This document shows positions 1 through 64,000 of a stretch of 64,000 nt of DNA, one piece after another. The stretch is from Octopus sinensis (Eukaryota). Position numbers and translations under genes: made by a program. Within the stretch, counting starts at the first letter, position 1. Each line of letters opens with the position of its first letter. The DNA is taken from positions 30,751,360 to 30,815,359 of the forward strand of contig NC_043019.1 in the NCBI RefSeq assembly GCF_006345805.1, read 5' to 3'. Under the pieces are notes generated by a model, which was given only the letters and a program-made list of their open reading frames with translations, was not told where the DNA came from and made no database searches.

Positions 1-139
1 GCGACAGAAATACATTAAGTATATTATATTGATATAGATTTTTCTTTCCAACAGAACTGCTTCCATTGCATAATTCAGATTTCATTTCACTTATTTGGTG
101 CCTTTGCATACAAATATAAAGTTTATATACTATTCCTAT

Positions 140-568
140 GTAGGCACAGGAGTGGCTGTGTGGTAAGTAGCTTGCTTCCCAACCACATGGTTCCGGATTC
201 AGTCCCACTGTGTGGCACCTTGGGTAAGTGTCTTCTACTATAGCCTCGGGCTGACCAAAGCCTTCTGAGTGGATTTGATAGACGGAAACTGAAAGAAGAC
301 TGTCGTATATATATATATATATACATGTATATGTGTCTGTGAGCATGTTTGTGTGTCTGTGTTTGTCCCCACCAACATCGCTTGACAACCGATGGTGGTG
401 CGTTTACGTCCCCGTAACTTAGCGGTTCGGCAAAAGAGACCGAAAGAATAAGTACTAGGCTTACAAAAGAATAAATCCTGGGGTCAATTTGCTCGACTAA
501 AGGCGGTGCTCCAGCATGGCCACAGTCAAATGACTGAAAAGGTAAAAGAGTAAAAGAGTAAAAGAGTA
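140..568 (+). mobile_element. tRNA-derived SINE, family A (full length, GTAAAAGA-repeat tail)
   Basis: A-box (TGGCTGTGTGG) and B-box-like (GGATTCAGTCC) head, internal TA/TG microsatellite and (GTAAAAGA)n tail; more than 15 related copies in the window. Confidence 0.85.
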
Positions 569-1854
569 TATATTTCAGACTAGCTGATTTGATTGCGCTT
601 CAAAAGTTAAACAAGTAACATAACATTGAGAAGCTGCAACACATAAAATTCATATCTGTCATTCTTGTGGTCACTTCTGTTGTGATATTGTTTCACCTAG
701 CTCTGAAGTATATTGTGTTTCTTAACATTATACATCTTTAAAGGAATACTTTCCATATGGATATCACAGCTTCTGGTGTATTTTACATCAATATATATTT
801 TATTATATAATGTGTTTTCTTAAGACAGTGAGACATGATTCTGTGAGAAATTTGACAGCTATTTCTAGTAGGTTGATTTACAGAGAAGCAATATTTGAAT
901 TATATATGCAGAATTAAAAGCCGATCAGATTAACAGTTTCTGTTCAAAACTGACATAAGTTATTTCTCATCATAATGAAATGTAATAGATAACTTTCTTT
1001 AATCTTCTTTTTCTTGTTTCACTCATGACAGTGTGGCCATGCTGGAGTACTGCTTTAAAAGGTTTTAATTGAACAAGTTGACCTCAGTATATATCTTTAC
1101 TTATTTATAAGCTTGGTACTCATTCTATTAGTTTCTTTAAGGGGATGCAAACAAACCATCACTAGTTGTCAAACAGTGGGGGATGGTGTGAATAAACAGA
1201 TACAAAGACACACACACACACACACACACACATCATCATCATCATTTAGTGTCTGCTTTCTATGCTGGCATGGGTTGGACAGTTTGACTGAAAACTGGTA
1301 AGCTGGAGAGCTGCACCAAGTTCCAATCCAATTTGGCATGGTTTCTATGGCTGGATGCCCTTCCTAACACCCACCACTCCAAATGTGTAACAGGTGCTTT
1401 TTACATGACACCAGCAAGGCTGCCAGTTATATGACACCCGCATCAACCACAACTACGATTTCACTTAGAGATAAATACATGATGGGCTTCCACACAGTTT
1501 CCCTCAACTATATTCACTCACAGGGCTTTGGTTGACCCTGGGTATACACTAATTAGTGCAGAGTAACCTGGGAGTAAGGTGGTGACAGATGCAATATAGA
1601 TGACAAGATGAGAGGAGACAAAAGGTTGAGAGGGGTTGGCATGAGTTCAACAAATTTGTAAAAGTTCTCTTCCTTCATTGACTTGTTACCAAGAAGAGAA
1701 AGAAGTGAGAAGGAAGAAAACAGAGATTGTGATGTTGATGATGATAATGAAGGGAAAAATTATGAATTGAAAATTATCCATTTTCTTCACTGTACCAGAA
1801 CACAATGTTTTTATGTAAATAATAATTCGTATCTGCATCAATTGCAATGTCTCT

Positions 1855-2262
1855 TTTACTCTTTAACTTGTTTCAGTCATTTGACTGTGACCATGCTGGA
1901 GCACTGCCTTTAGTTGAGCAAACTGACCCCAGGACTTATTCTTTGTAAGCCTAGTACTTATTCTATCAGTCTCTTTTGCAGAGCAGCTAAGTTACAGGGA
2001 CGCAAACACACCAGCATCGGTTGTCAAGTGATGTTGGGGGAACAAATACAGATACATACACACATACACACATACATATATATAAATATATACATATATA
2101 CGATGGGCTTCTTTCAATTTCCATCTACCAAATCCACTCACAAGGCTTTGGTTGACCTGAGGCGATAGTAGAAGACACTTACCCAAGGTGCCACGCAGTG
2201 GGACTAAACTTAGAACCATGTGGTTCGTAAGCAAGCTACTTACCACACAGCCACTCCTACGT
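1855..2262 (-). mobile_element. SINE family A copy
   Basis: Reverse complement of the 140-568 element. Confidence 0.85.
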
Positions 2263-2300
2263 CGCTAAAAAAGTGAAATAAATATTAGACAAATACAAAC

Positions 2301-53354
<51,054 letters not shown>

Positions 53355-55427
53355 CTAAAACAGGAAAGAAAATTGAGAGAGAGTTATATTATGTTAATTC
53401 ATCTTCAGAGAATAACATAGATGTTAGTCTACTTCTTTATAACAGAAATCTTCAGAAAATAATTTTTTTTAATGACGCAGTAGGGAATAAGTTAATTATT
53501 TAAAATATGTCATTATCTGAAGATTTTATTTGATAAAAAATTTCTACTTCGTGTATACACATACACAAAAATGGATACGCATTTATGCATATATAAATAT
53601 TTACCTATATTTGATAAAACTGACTCCATAGAGGCTGGCGTTGTTCTGAATCAGCAAGACTCATATTGTAGAATAAAATCAATGAAAAAAAGCTACAGTT
53701 CCATCCAAAACGTTGCTGCTTCCACAGTTAACATTCAAAACTCTTCTTTTCTAATTGTTCTCCTTCCCCTCCATACATTAACACAGAAGGAAAGGAGAAC
53801 TGTCTGAAACTTTGAATTTTTCACTCCTCACAGCAATTTCACTATACACTTTTTAATGACTTTACTACACACACACTCACACACACACATACACACACAC
53901 ATTGATGTATGTTTCTATGGTATAATAAAAACAGTTTTGCATTCAACTGGAAAATTACTCAATACATTTGTTAGAGTATGAATTTATTAATCTAAGTCAC
54001 TGTCTATTATATTATTCACATTAAAGAACAATAAATTTGTATTGAATGAATTAAACCTATTTTTCCTCATATGATCTATTATTCCTTTAACACAGTAATT
54101 TTTTTAGCCCAGACATCCATAATAATTCATAATATGTGTGTGCCTTATTTGTCCTATTCATCCGTGTTTAATTTCATTTTTTCCTCTGCTCCACATGAAT
54201 GACATCAAGCTTTTCACCCTATTTAATACCAGTGAGTTCATCTCCTTCATGGAATATACCAATTTCTTGGACACTTCTTACCATCTGTTAGACATTCTAT
54301 CAATTTGTATAGACATTTTACCATTGTTGTGTATTTTCCATGATTTTTTCTCTCTCTTTACAGACTTCAAGCCTTTCCAGTTTTTAGTTTAAGCTGTCCC
54401 TCTTTGTTAAAAAATGGAACAGCCAATTTGATGTGGCACCTGACTTTACTTTTTAAAGATAATACTTTTTCTTTTATGTTAATGAATTCTAAATAATTAC
54501 TATTCTATTTGAAACTATTATCACATTCTTGTTCTGGAAATAATTTAAAACTGTATTTGGTAGCGGGACCCTGGTTTGGCAGTTCTGATCTTTTAAGGAA
54601 TGTGGAACCACCATCTGCCTGCTATTGTTCTTCAGTCTACTCTGATTTGTCACAGCCCTGCCTATGGGTTAATTAGTAATTAAGTTAATTAGCATGTCAG
54701 AAAATTGCCTCTATAAGAAGGCCATCGAATGACACCCTAATGGACAACGATGAGGTGCATTAGGTTTTTAGCTGCTCATCTAAGAGAAGGTAACTCCATA
54801 CAACTCCTGCATCCTGATAAGTTCTTATTTCGTTATTGCCCACAAGGGGCTAAACATATAGGGGACAAACAAGGACAGACAAAGGGATTAAGTCGATTAT
54901 ATTGACCCCAGTGTGTAACTGGTACTTATTTAATCGACCCCGAAAGGACAAAAGGCAAAGTCAACCTTGGCGGAATTTGAACTCAGAATGTAGTGACAGG
55001 TGAAATACTACTAAGCATTTCGCCCAGCGTGCTAACAATTCTGCCAACTCACCGCCTTATAAGTTCCTGATAAGTTCTGTTCTCATGACAACTGTTGAAC
55101 CAAAAAATGTTTTCTCACCACTATGTGCTTCTGTTATGCACTTGCACATACATTAAGTGCACCTTCCACCTGTCTCTTTTGGTCTCATGTACTTTATCAT
55201 TACTTCTATTCCCTTGAACATTCTCTCATATTCTCACATACATTCTTTCACACTGCGGACAACACAAAACTTGCACACCCCACATATAACCACACCTCTA
55301 TATTCATATATACCCGAAACAAACCACTTCCACTATGTTTGCTTAGACACACAGATATATATATATATATACCCTGATAATTCTTAATGTTTATTTTCTT
55401 TACACCACACTGTGTGTGTGTGTATGT

Positions 55428-55487
<60 letters not shown>

Positions 55488-55542
55488 TATATATACATAT
55501 ACATATATACATATATATATACATACATATATACATATATAT

Positions 55543-55587
<45 letters not shown>

Positions 55588-56489
55588 TATACATATATAT
55601 ATGTGTATATATATGTATATATATGTATATATATATATTCATGTATATATATAAGAAAGGATGCAAAAGACTATGATGATGATGATGTGAACATCAGCAA
55701 GAAAACTGAGTGGTCATTGCTTTCAAATCTTATAATAATTCTGCTTGTCACTGTGTTACTTAGCCTGTTGGTAATGCTTTCACATGATTAGAGAAAAAGA
55801 GGGAGAAAGAAAAGAGGGAGAGAGAAAAAGAGAAAGAGAGAAGTGTCCATGATGTGAGGAAGAGGGAATGTCGTTTTAATGCTTTTAAGTGATTAGTTGA
55901 AGGGAAAGGGAGGAGAAAGAAAAAAGTGAGAGAAAAAGAGGATAAGGCAAAGGAGTGAGACAGAAAGAAGGAGAGAGAAAAAGAGTATCCATGACATGTG
56001 GTAGGGGGAATGTAATATTTATTACGTGGTTTAAAAAGTTAGTTGAAGGTAAAGAAGAGTTAAAAATATAATTTTAGCAGGGGGGTGATGTTCTGATGGT
56101 GAAGTTAAAGAAAAGCAGAAAGAGAAGAGGAAAGAGAGGAGGAGAGAGAGAGAGAGTGGGGAAAGGGAAATGATGATGATGATGATGGTGGAGGTGGCAG
56201 TGGTGCATGGATAGTGAAAAGTATATTTTTTTAAAATTGAACTAAGATTTTTATATCATCTATCACTTAACACAGGTGTGCAAGTGCAATTCTATGAAAT
56301 ATTCACACTTATTTATGTGGCAGAAATATGCAATTTAACTAAAGGTTGTATCATACATACGGGAAATATTTTGTTTTGGTTATGAGAAAAATGGAAAAAT
56401 AAGAGCGAATATTTATTTTATGAGTTCTGTGTTTTAAGTCTATAAAATTGCACACAAAGTATATAAAGTGTATATATAAAGTGCATTAA

Positions 56490-56904
56490 GGTGTAGGATT
56501 GGCTGTGTGGTAAGTAGCTTGCTTACCAACCACATAGTACCGGGTTCAGTCCCACTGCGTAGCACCTTGGGCAAGTGTCTTCTACTATAGCCTTGGGCGA
56601 CCAAAGCCTTGTGAGTGGATTTGGTAGACGGAAACTGAAAGAAGCCCGTTATATATATGTATATATATATATAGGTATGTGTCTGTGTATATGTTTGTGT
56701 GTCTGTGTTTGTCCCCCCTTCACTTGACAACTGATGCTGGTGTGCTTACGTCCCCATAACTTAGCGGTTCGGCAAAAGAGACCAATAGCATAAGTACTAG
56801 GCTTACAAAGAATAAGTCCTGGGGTCGATTTGCTCGACTAAGGGCGGTGCTCCAGCATGGCCACAGTCAAATGACTGAAACAAGTAAAAGAGAGCAAAAG
56901 AGTA
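56490..56904 (+). mobile_element. SINE family A copy
   Basis: Full head to tail. Confidence 0.85.
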
Positions 56905-59379
56905 AGTAATCATCGTACTCCAATTTGTTTTACTTTTCAGTGAGTAGCAGATGAGCGATTATCTTTCCATACAGATGACGCACAGACTTCACTTTCAGGT
57001 TCTTTGGATAAAGTTTTCAGAAATAACCAAATAAATTTACCATTAATTCCGTGAAATATTCATAGGTCCTGCTGGTTAAAATAATCTGTCAATAAATGAC
57101 ATTTTCCTTCACAATGAATAGTAAAATTAATCCCTTGTCAGTAATCTGTTTCAATTAATTATTGAAAATGAATGGACTTATTTAAGAGATAAACAAGATT
57201 AACAAAAAGGAATCATGTTTTGGGTTGGCAGAACTATTACAGTGTCAAACAAAATGCTTTGAAGTAATTCAAATCCAACAAAACAAACTCTGCCTTCATC
57301 CTACCAGGGTTAATGTAATAAATTAACATGTGTTCTCTTGAGCACCACCAGCAAAAATATTTTTTTCCTCTGTCTTCCCTTCTCAGGATCTTTCCTTCTC
57401 CTTTGTTTCCGACGAAGAGCTCTGCTCAAAACGTTAAACCCTCCTTCCCTTCTTTCCTGAGCGTCAAATAATACTTTAATTGTTCCATGTCCTGTGTTGC
57501 TGTGTTTTTTTCTGTGTTTTCTTGTTTGGATTAACTTAATGTAATAAATATTGGTCAAGTGCTAATTTTATGGAACCATTGGAACTCTTTCTCACTTTCT
57601 CCCCTAAAGTACTAGATATACACTGGGGTCGATGTAATCGACAAGCCCCACTTCCCCCAAATTTCAGGTCTTGTGCCTATAGTAGTAAAGATATTTAGAG
57701 ACAATTATTGCTGTGGGTGGTGATCAGGGCCATCTTAACAGCATTATAGGCCCCTAGAAATTTCTGTGCACTAGAAAATTCAGTGCATAGAGCCCTGTAG
57801 TATTTATTTATTGACAGCAAGCCACAGCATACATAGATCAGCATTTGGCCCCTAGACCTGTGAGGGCCCCCAGGCAAATCAATGTACTGGACTACTGTTC
57901 TACTCCACCCCTTCTCTCATACCTTAATCCTCATCAAGCATAAAGATGCTCCCCTACAACCTCTCCTTGGGGCCTTGCAGACTTGCAAGCTGCATGGTGA
58001 CCTCACTAGTGCCAGTGGTATGAAAAAAGAAGCATCAGATATACATTGAAAACAGGTTAGCATTAGGAAGGGCATCCAGTTGTAGAAACGGTGTTACATC
58101 AAACACTGGAGCACAAAGCAGTCCTTAGCCTCAGTGGATCTTGTCAAACCCATCAACGTATGGAAGCATGGAACATGGAAGTTAAATGACAATGAAGATG
58201 CATAAAGAATTATGACAGAAAATTGAGACTAGATATATGAATGTCTGCTACTTTTGGTGATGAGTATTCATTTGTTCCAACAACTGAACAACCAGCGGGT
58301 TTCCACACAGTTTCCACACAATTTCCACAGTTTCCACTCATCCAAATTTTTCTGCAAAGCCTAGGTTGACTTATAGCAATGGTAAATAAATGACACTTGC
58401 CAAAGAGATCTAACCCAGGGCCATAGCCGTTCAGCCTAGCGATGTCCATTGAGCCCAGGATATGAATAAATGGTCTTTTATCTGTTAGTAATTTTGATTT
58501 TTCTTTTTGTGATTAAACATTCACAAGAGAAGACATGAAAGCTTTGTTGTGTGGTAAGAAGTTTGCTTCCCAACAACAAGGTTTAAGGTTCAGTCCCACT
58601 GAATGACGTCTTGAGCAATTGCTTCTACTACAGCCCTGGGCTAACCAAAGCTTTGAGGGTGGATTTGGTAAACAGAACCTGAAAGAAGCCTGCTATGTGT
58701 GTGTATACATACATACATACACACATACATACAAACATACAAACATACATACATACATACAAACATACATACATAATATATATTTTTTTTTTGTGTGTGT
58801 GTATGTGTGCATGTGTTTGTCTCCTTGTCTTGACATCATGGGATATTCATAAAGGATTGTAACTATCATACAAACAGTGTCCTTTATTTTCAATCAGCTG
58901 CGAGAACTTGTCAGGTCATGGGAACATATTACTTTGCTTGGAAACAGGTGAGGGTTGGTGATAGAAAGGGCATCTGGCCATAGGTCATAGAAAAATCTGC
59001 CTCAGATAAACTCCATTGGACCCATGCTAGCAGGAAAAAAGGGGCTCTCAAATGATAAGAATGATGATGATAATAATGATGATGATGATTTTGATGATGA
59101 TAAGAGATAAAATTCTTGTCAAGAAGGGTTAGAGAGATGTGGATATGGCACAGGAATACAGAAAATTTCAAACTGCTCCCCCCCACTCAGACAATACCAT
59201 CTTATAGTCATTGTTATTTGTTAATTGTTGGCTTGAGTTGAAGAAATTCAATTCACTCTTTTGTATAATTGCGTTAATGAGACTTAAGAATTTAATGTTG
59301 AAGCTAACGACTTCAAGTTTTCTGTGAATTATTCTCAACAAACTACTTGCCATTGTTATCCGTAAGCAACATATATAGA

Positions 59380-59545
59380 TGTGTGTATGTATGCGTGTGA
59401 GAGGGTGTGTGTGTGTGTGCATGTGTGTGTGTGTGCGTGCATGTATGTGTGTGTGTGTGTGCGTGTATGTGTGTTTGTGTGCGCTTTTGTGTGTGCGTCT
59501 GCTTGTGTGTGCGCATTTGTGTGAATGTGTGTGTGTGTGTGTGCA

Positions 59546-59579
<34 letters not shown>

Positions 59580-60364
59580 TGTGTGTGCATGTATGTATGT
59601 GTGAGTGTATGCGTGTATGTGTGTGCGTGTGCATGTGTGTGCATGTATGTGTGTGTATGTGTGTGTGTGTGCATGTATGTGTGGTGTGTGTGTGTGTGTG
59701 TGTGTGTGTGCATGTATGTGTGTGTATGTGTGCATGTGTGTGCATGTATGTGTGTGTGTGTGTGTGGTGTGTGTGTGTGTGTGTGTGCATGTGTGTATGT
59801 GTGAGTGTGTGTACGTACGTGTGTGTATGTGTGTGTGCATGTGTGTGCATGTATGTAAGTGTGTGTATGAGTATGCATGTATGTGTGCATGTGTGTGTGT
59901 GTGTTGTGTGTGTGTGTGCATGTGTGTGTGTGTGCGTGCATGTATGTGTGTGTGTGTGTGCGTGTATGTGTGTTTGTGTGCGCTTTTGTGTGTGCGTCTG
60001 CTTGTGTGTGCGCATTTGTGTGAATGTGTGTGTGTGTGTATGCGTGTATGCGTGCGTGTGTGTGTGGGTGTGTGCATGTATGTATGTGTGAGTGTATGCG
60101 TGTATGTGTGTGCGTGTGCATGTGTGTGCATGTATGTGTGTGTATGTGTGTGTATATGCATGTGTGTCGGGGTGTGTGAGTGTCTGTGTGTGTTTGCATT
60201 TGTGTATGCATGTATGTCTATGCGTGTATGTGTATGTGTGTGTGGGGGGGTTGTGGTGTGTGCATGTGTGTATGTGTGAGTGTGTGTACGTACGTGTGTG
60301 TATGTGTGTGTGCATGTGTGTGCATGTATGTAAGTGTGTGTATGAGTATGCATGTATGTGTGCA

Positions 60365-60395
<31 letters not shown>

Positions 60396-60530
60396 TTGTG
60401 TGTGTGTGTGTGTATGTGTGAGTGTGTGTACGTACGTGTGTGTATGTGTGTGTGCATGTGTGTGCATGTATGTAAGTGTGTGTATGAGTATGCATGTATG
60501 TGTGCATGTGTGTGTGTGTGTGTGTGTGTA
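59380..60530. repeat. ~1.15-kb cryptic (TG)n satellite with higher-order duplications
   Basis: Seen directly; source of the long His-Thr and Cys-Val ORFs. Confidence 0.95.
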
Positions 60531-60943
60531 AAAGGTATCAAAAACAAAGCATCAAACAAAACTACTTAGTGACAATAATCCATTCCACCTCAGTGACTTT
60601 CATTCATCTTCACTCAACTGTGCTTCTCTACTTCATGAGTTACGTGTATATATATATCTTTAATCTTTTACTTGTTTCAGTCATTCGACTGTGGCCATGC
60701 TGGAACACTGCCCTGAAGCATTTTGGTTGAATGAATCAAGTCCAGAATTCATTAATTCATTTTCTCTTTTTAAACTTAGTACTTATTCCTATTGGTCATT
60801 TTTTTTTTGGTTGAACTGGTCAGTTACGGGGACACAAAAACATCCACACCAGTTGTCATGTGGTGCCAGAGAACAAATACAGACACAAAGACACTTACAT
60901 ATGTGAGTGTTTGCATGCGTGTGTGTGTGTAAGTGTGTGTGCA

Positions 60944-60944
<1 letters not shown>

Positions 60945-60992
<48 letters not shown>

Positions 60993-61022
60993 GTCTGTCT
61001 GTCTATCTATCCACCTATCTAT

Positions 61023-61079
<57 letters not shown>

Positions 61080-61082
61080 CAC

Positions 61083-61115
<33 letters not shown>

Positions 61116-61126
61116 CACCTATCTAT

Positions 61127-61180
<54 letters not shown>

Positions 61181-61205
61181 GTCTATCTATCTATCTATCT
61201 GTCTG

Positions 61206-61280
<75 letters not shown>

Positions 61281-61312
61281 GTCCACTTGTCTGTCTGTCT
61301 GTCTGTCTATAC
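60945..61312. repeat. (ATCT)n microsatellite
   Basis: Seen directly. Confidence 0.95.
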
Positions 61313-61789
61313 ATCTATCCGTCTGTTTGTCTAACGATATATCATCATCATCATCATCGACATCATCCTCCTTCTCCTCCTCATCATCATTTAATGTCTG
61401 TTGTCCATGTTGTCCATGGGTTGGACAGTTTGACCAGAGCTGGCAACCTGGGGAGCTGCAAAGGACCCTGCATGAATTCATTGTATCTTTCCTCTTCCTT
61501 ACAGCAAAGAAATATCCAAAATGGTTTGTCATATATATATATATACATATATATAATAATAAATATTAGGGAATAAATCCAAATTTACAGGGAAAAAATC
61601 AGATTTAGGATTAAATCCAATTTTATAGTAAAATATTATATAATATTAATTCGAGACAAAACCACTATTTTTCAAAATAGTGGTTTTGTCTCGAATTAAT
61701 ATTATATACATACATATATATATATATATACTAATACATCTTTTTGTTTTCTATACCACTTATCTTCATCTTTTGTTTTTTTTGTGAAT

Positions 61790-61883
<94 letters not shown>

Positions 61884-63679
61884 TTACTTATAAGAGACTA
61901 ACGTGTATGTACTCCACAATATGTATATAAAAAGGGATACAAAAAATGGGACAAGAATGCAAAACATTCAAACAGATGATACAAAAAAGGGACAAAAAAA
62001 ACAAAACAAGGACCGGTCATTCAGAGATTCCTTTTCTGAGTTGAGTTCCAGTTTATCTTCACAATTTCGGCTGGTTATACTCGAAATTGCTCCAATCTGG
62101 CCAGACCCAAGGAAAAACTAAGCTAAGAGCATTAGATTCCTTGAAAGAAAGCAGTGAATGTATACAAAAACAAGGACAGAAAAAAAAAACGGAGAAATGG
62201 TACACAAATACAAATTCAAATAACAGGACCTGAACAACAGGTGTCTTTCGACTACAGCAGCAGCATTATTATTTAACATGCATTTTCCATGCTGGCATGG
62301 GTTGGACGGTTTGACAAGAGATGGTAAGACCAAGGTCATACCAAGCTTCATTGTCTGTTCTGGCATGGTAACTATGCCTGAATGCCCTTCCTAAAGCCAA
62401 CCACTTTACAAAGTGTACTGGATGCTTTTTACATAGCACCAAGACTTGTACTTTTAATGTGGTATGAACACCGGTGCTTTTAATGTGGATCCAGGACCAA
62501 TGCTTTAAATATGGCACCAGCACCAGTGCTTTTTAAGACCTAGCACCAGTGTTTTTTACATGGCACCAGGACCAGTGCTTTTTACAGGATACCAGGAGAG
62601 ACAGGAGAAAGTAAAAGGAAAAGAAAAAGAACAGCATGAAGAAGAATGAAGGAAACGAAGATAAATTGCAGGAGGGAGGGAGGAGAATTTATCAAGTATA
62701 GAAACTAAGGAAATATATATTTTTTATTTTATCATCAGACACAAAAAGGTGACAAGCTATAATAACATTTATGAGATTACAACAATTCATAGGAAATAAC
62801 ATTCAAAATGTTGCAGCTGTACTAACATATGAACTGAGATCTATATAATATGTTTAGTTCCTCTTTCCTTCATTTGATTATGAGAGACACAAATAAAATA
62901 ATAAAAAAAGGAGAAAAATAAATCAATAGCAGTATTTGTTTCTTTATTATTAAGTTAGCAGACATTGGAGCATTTCACAATTTTTTTTTCAGAGATCTGT
63001 CAAACCATTCAATCCATGCTAGTAGAGAAACAGGTGTTAAGAAATGATCATGATCTACAACATCATCATCATGATAATTGCCTTAATGCCCCTTTCTTCA
63101 TGCTTGCATGAGTTACAGGGCTTTTATTGAAGCAGTTACTCTACAGTTGGATGCCCTTCCTGTTACCAATCCTTGTTTCGAAGCAAAGTAATATTTCTTT
63201 ATGACCAGGAATGTTTTTGCAGAATATTGGAAAGGAGTGTCATTGCTTGTATAACAATAACACATGCATATGCGCACACACACACATGCAAATATATAAA
63301 GGTATAAATATATACATATACACTTCTTGTAAACAAACAAACAAACAACATATCTATGTGTATGTGTGGGGTGGGGTGGGGTATGTGTGTATGTATGTCT
63401 GTTTTATTGTGTTAACCATCCTCGTTCTGAAAATATAAGATTTATATTGATGATGCTTAAAAGCATCATCAATATAAATCTTAGTTAAATCATATATCCA
63501 TACATATATATGTGTGTGTGTGTATAAACACATACAGTCATATATACGTAAATATATACATGTGTGTATATATATATATATATATTATATATATATACAC
63601 AAACAGATACACACATATATATGTATATGTATGTATATATATATACACACAGATACACACATACATATATATGTATATG

Positions 63680-64000
63680 TGGAAGCACTCCGTCGGTTAC
63701 GACGACGAGGGTTCCGGTTGATCCGAATCAACGGAACAGCCCGCTCGTGAAATTAACGTGTAAGTGGCTGAGCACTCCACAGACACGTGTACCCTTAACG
63801 TAGTTCTCGGGGATATTCAGCGTGACACAGAGAGTGACAAGGTCGGCCCTTTGAAATACAGGTACAACAGAAACAGGAAGTAAGAGTGAGAGAAAGTTGT
63901 GGTGAAGAGTACAGCAGGGATCACCACCATCCCCTGCCGGAGCTTCGTGGAGCTTTAGGTGTTTTCGCTCAATAAACACTCACAACGCCCGGTCTGGGAA
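63680..64000 (-). mobile_element. SINE family E (GC-rich; head runs off the window end)
   Basis: ttcccagaccgggcgttgtg...ttattgagcgaaaacacctaaagctccacg...ctgctgtactc is shared with 31672-31840. Confidence 0.75.

Noticed and set aside
55650-55791. Plus-strand DYDDDD (FLAG-like) peptide followed by a hydrophobic stretch
   Set aside because: Arises from a short GAT repeat after a TA microsatellite; no splice or start context; opposite strand to the gene.
59168-60569. Long His/Thr-rich and Cys/Val-rich ORFs (up to 383 aa)
   Set aside because: Translations of the TG/CA satellite, open in many frames on both strands.
60860-61576. IYLS-repeat ORFs (also 28857-29198)
   Set aside because: Translations of (ATCT)n.
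53355-64000. Expected upstream ENPP exons (xxDG and TFPNH motifs)
   Set aside because: Candidate donors at ~53604, 54281, 57040, 59197 and 61500 gave no NPP-like, phase-compatible exon; the exons probably lie beyond the window.

Overview
AT-rich, microsatellite- and SINE-dense eukaryotic genomic DNA; the repeat families look like Octopus/coleoid cephalopod (inference). The whole window lies inside one large minus-strand gene, an ENPP1/2/3-type nucleotide pyrophosphatase/phosphodiesterase (alkaline phosphatase superfamily). I reconstructed nine GT-AG exons (53354-53232, 50611-50542, 46670-46637, 44184-44046, 28752-28644, 20714-20565, 12477-12348, 6149-6092, 2388-2301; 901 nt). They join in phase, without stops, into 300 codons of the PDE domain: [300 protein letters not shown]. 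The gene is partial at both ends. Main findings: (1) all three Zn1 ligands appear replaced (D>V, H>E, H>S) while the Zn2 SDH motif and the frame are intact, suggesting a pseudoenzyme or single-metal NPP; (2) an apparently intact Penelope-type minimal hammerhead ribozyme sits on the sense strand of one intron. Introns hold several tRNA-derived SINE families, fossils of Tc1/mariner, hAT, RTE and R4/Dong-like elements, Helitron/Helentron-like elements, MITEs, fold-back palindromes and long microsatellites. Nearly all entries in the ORF track are spurious repeat translations.
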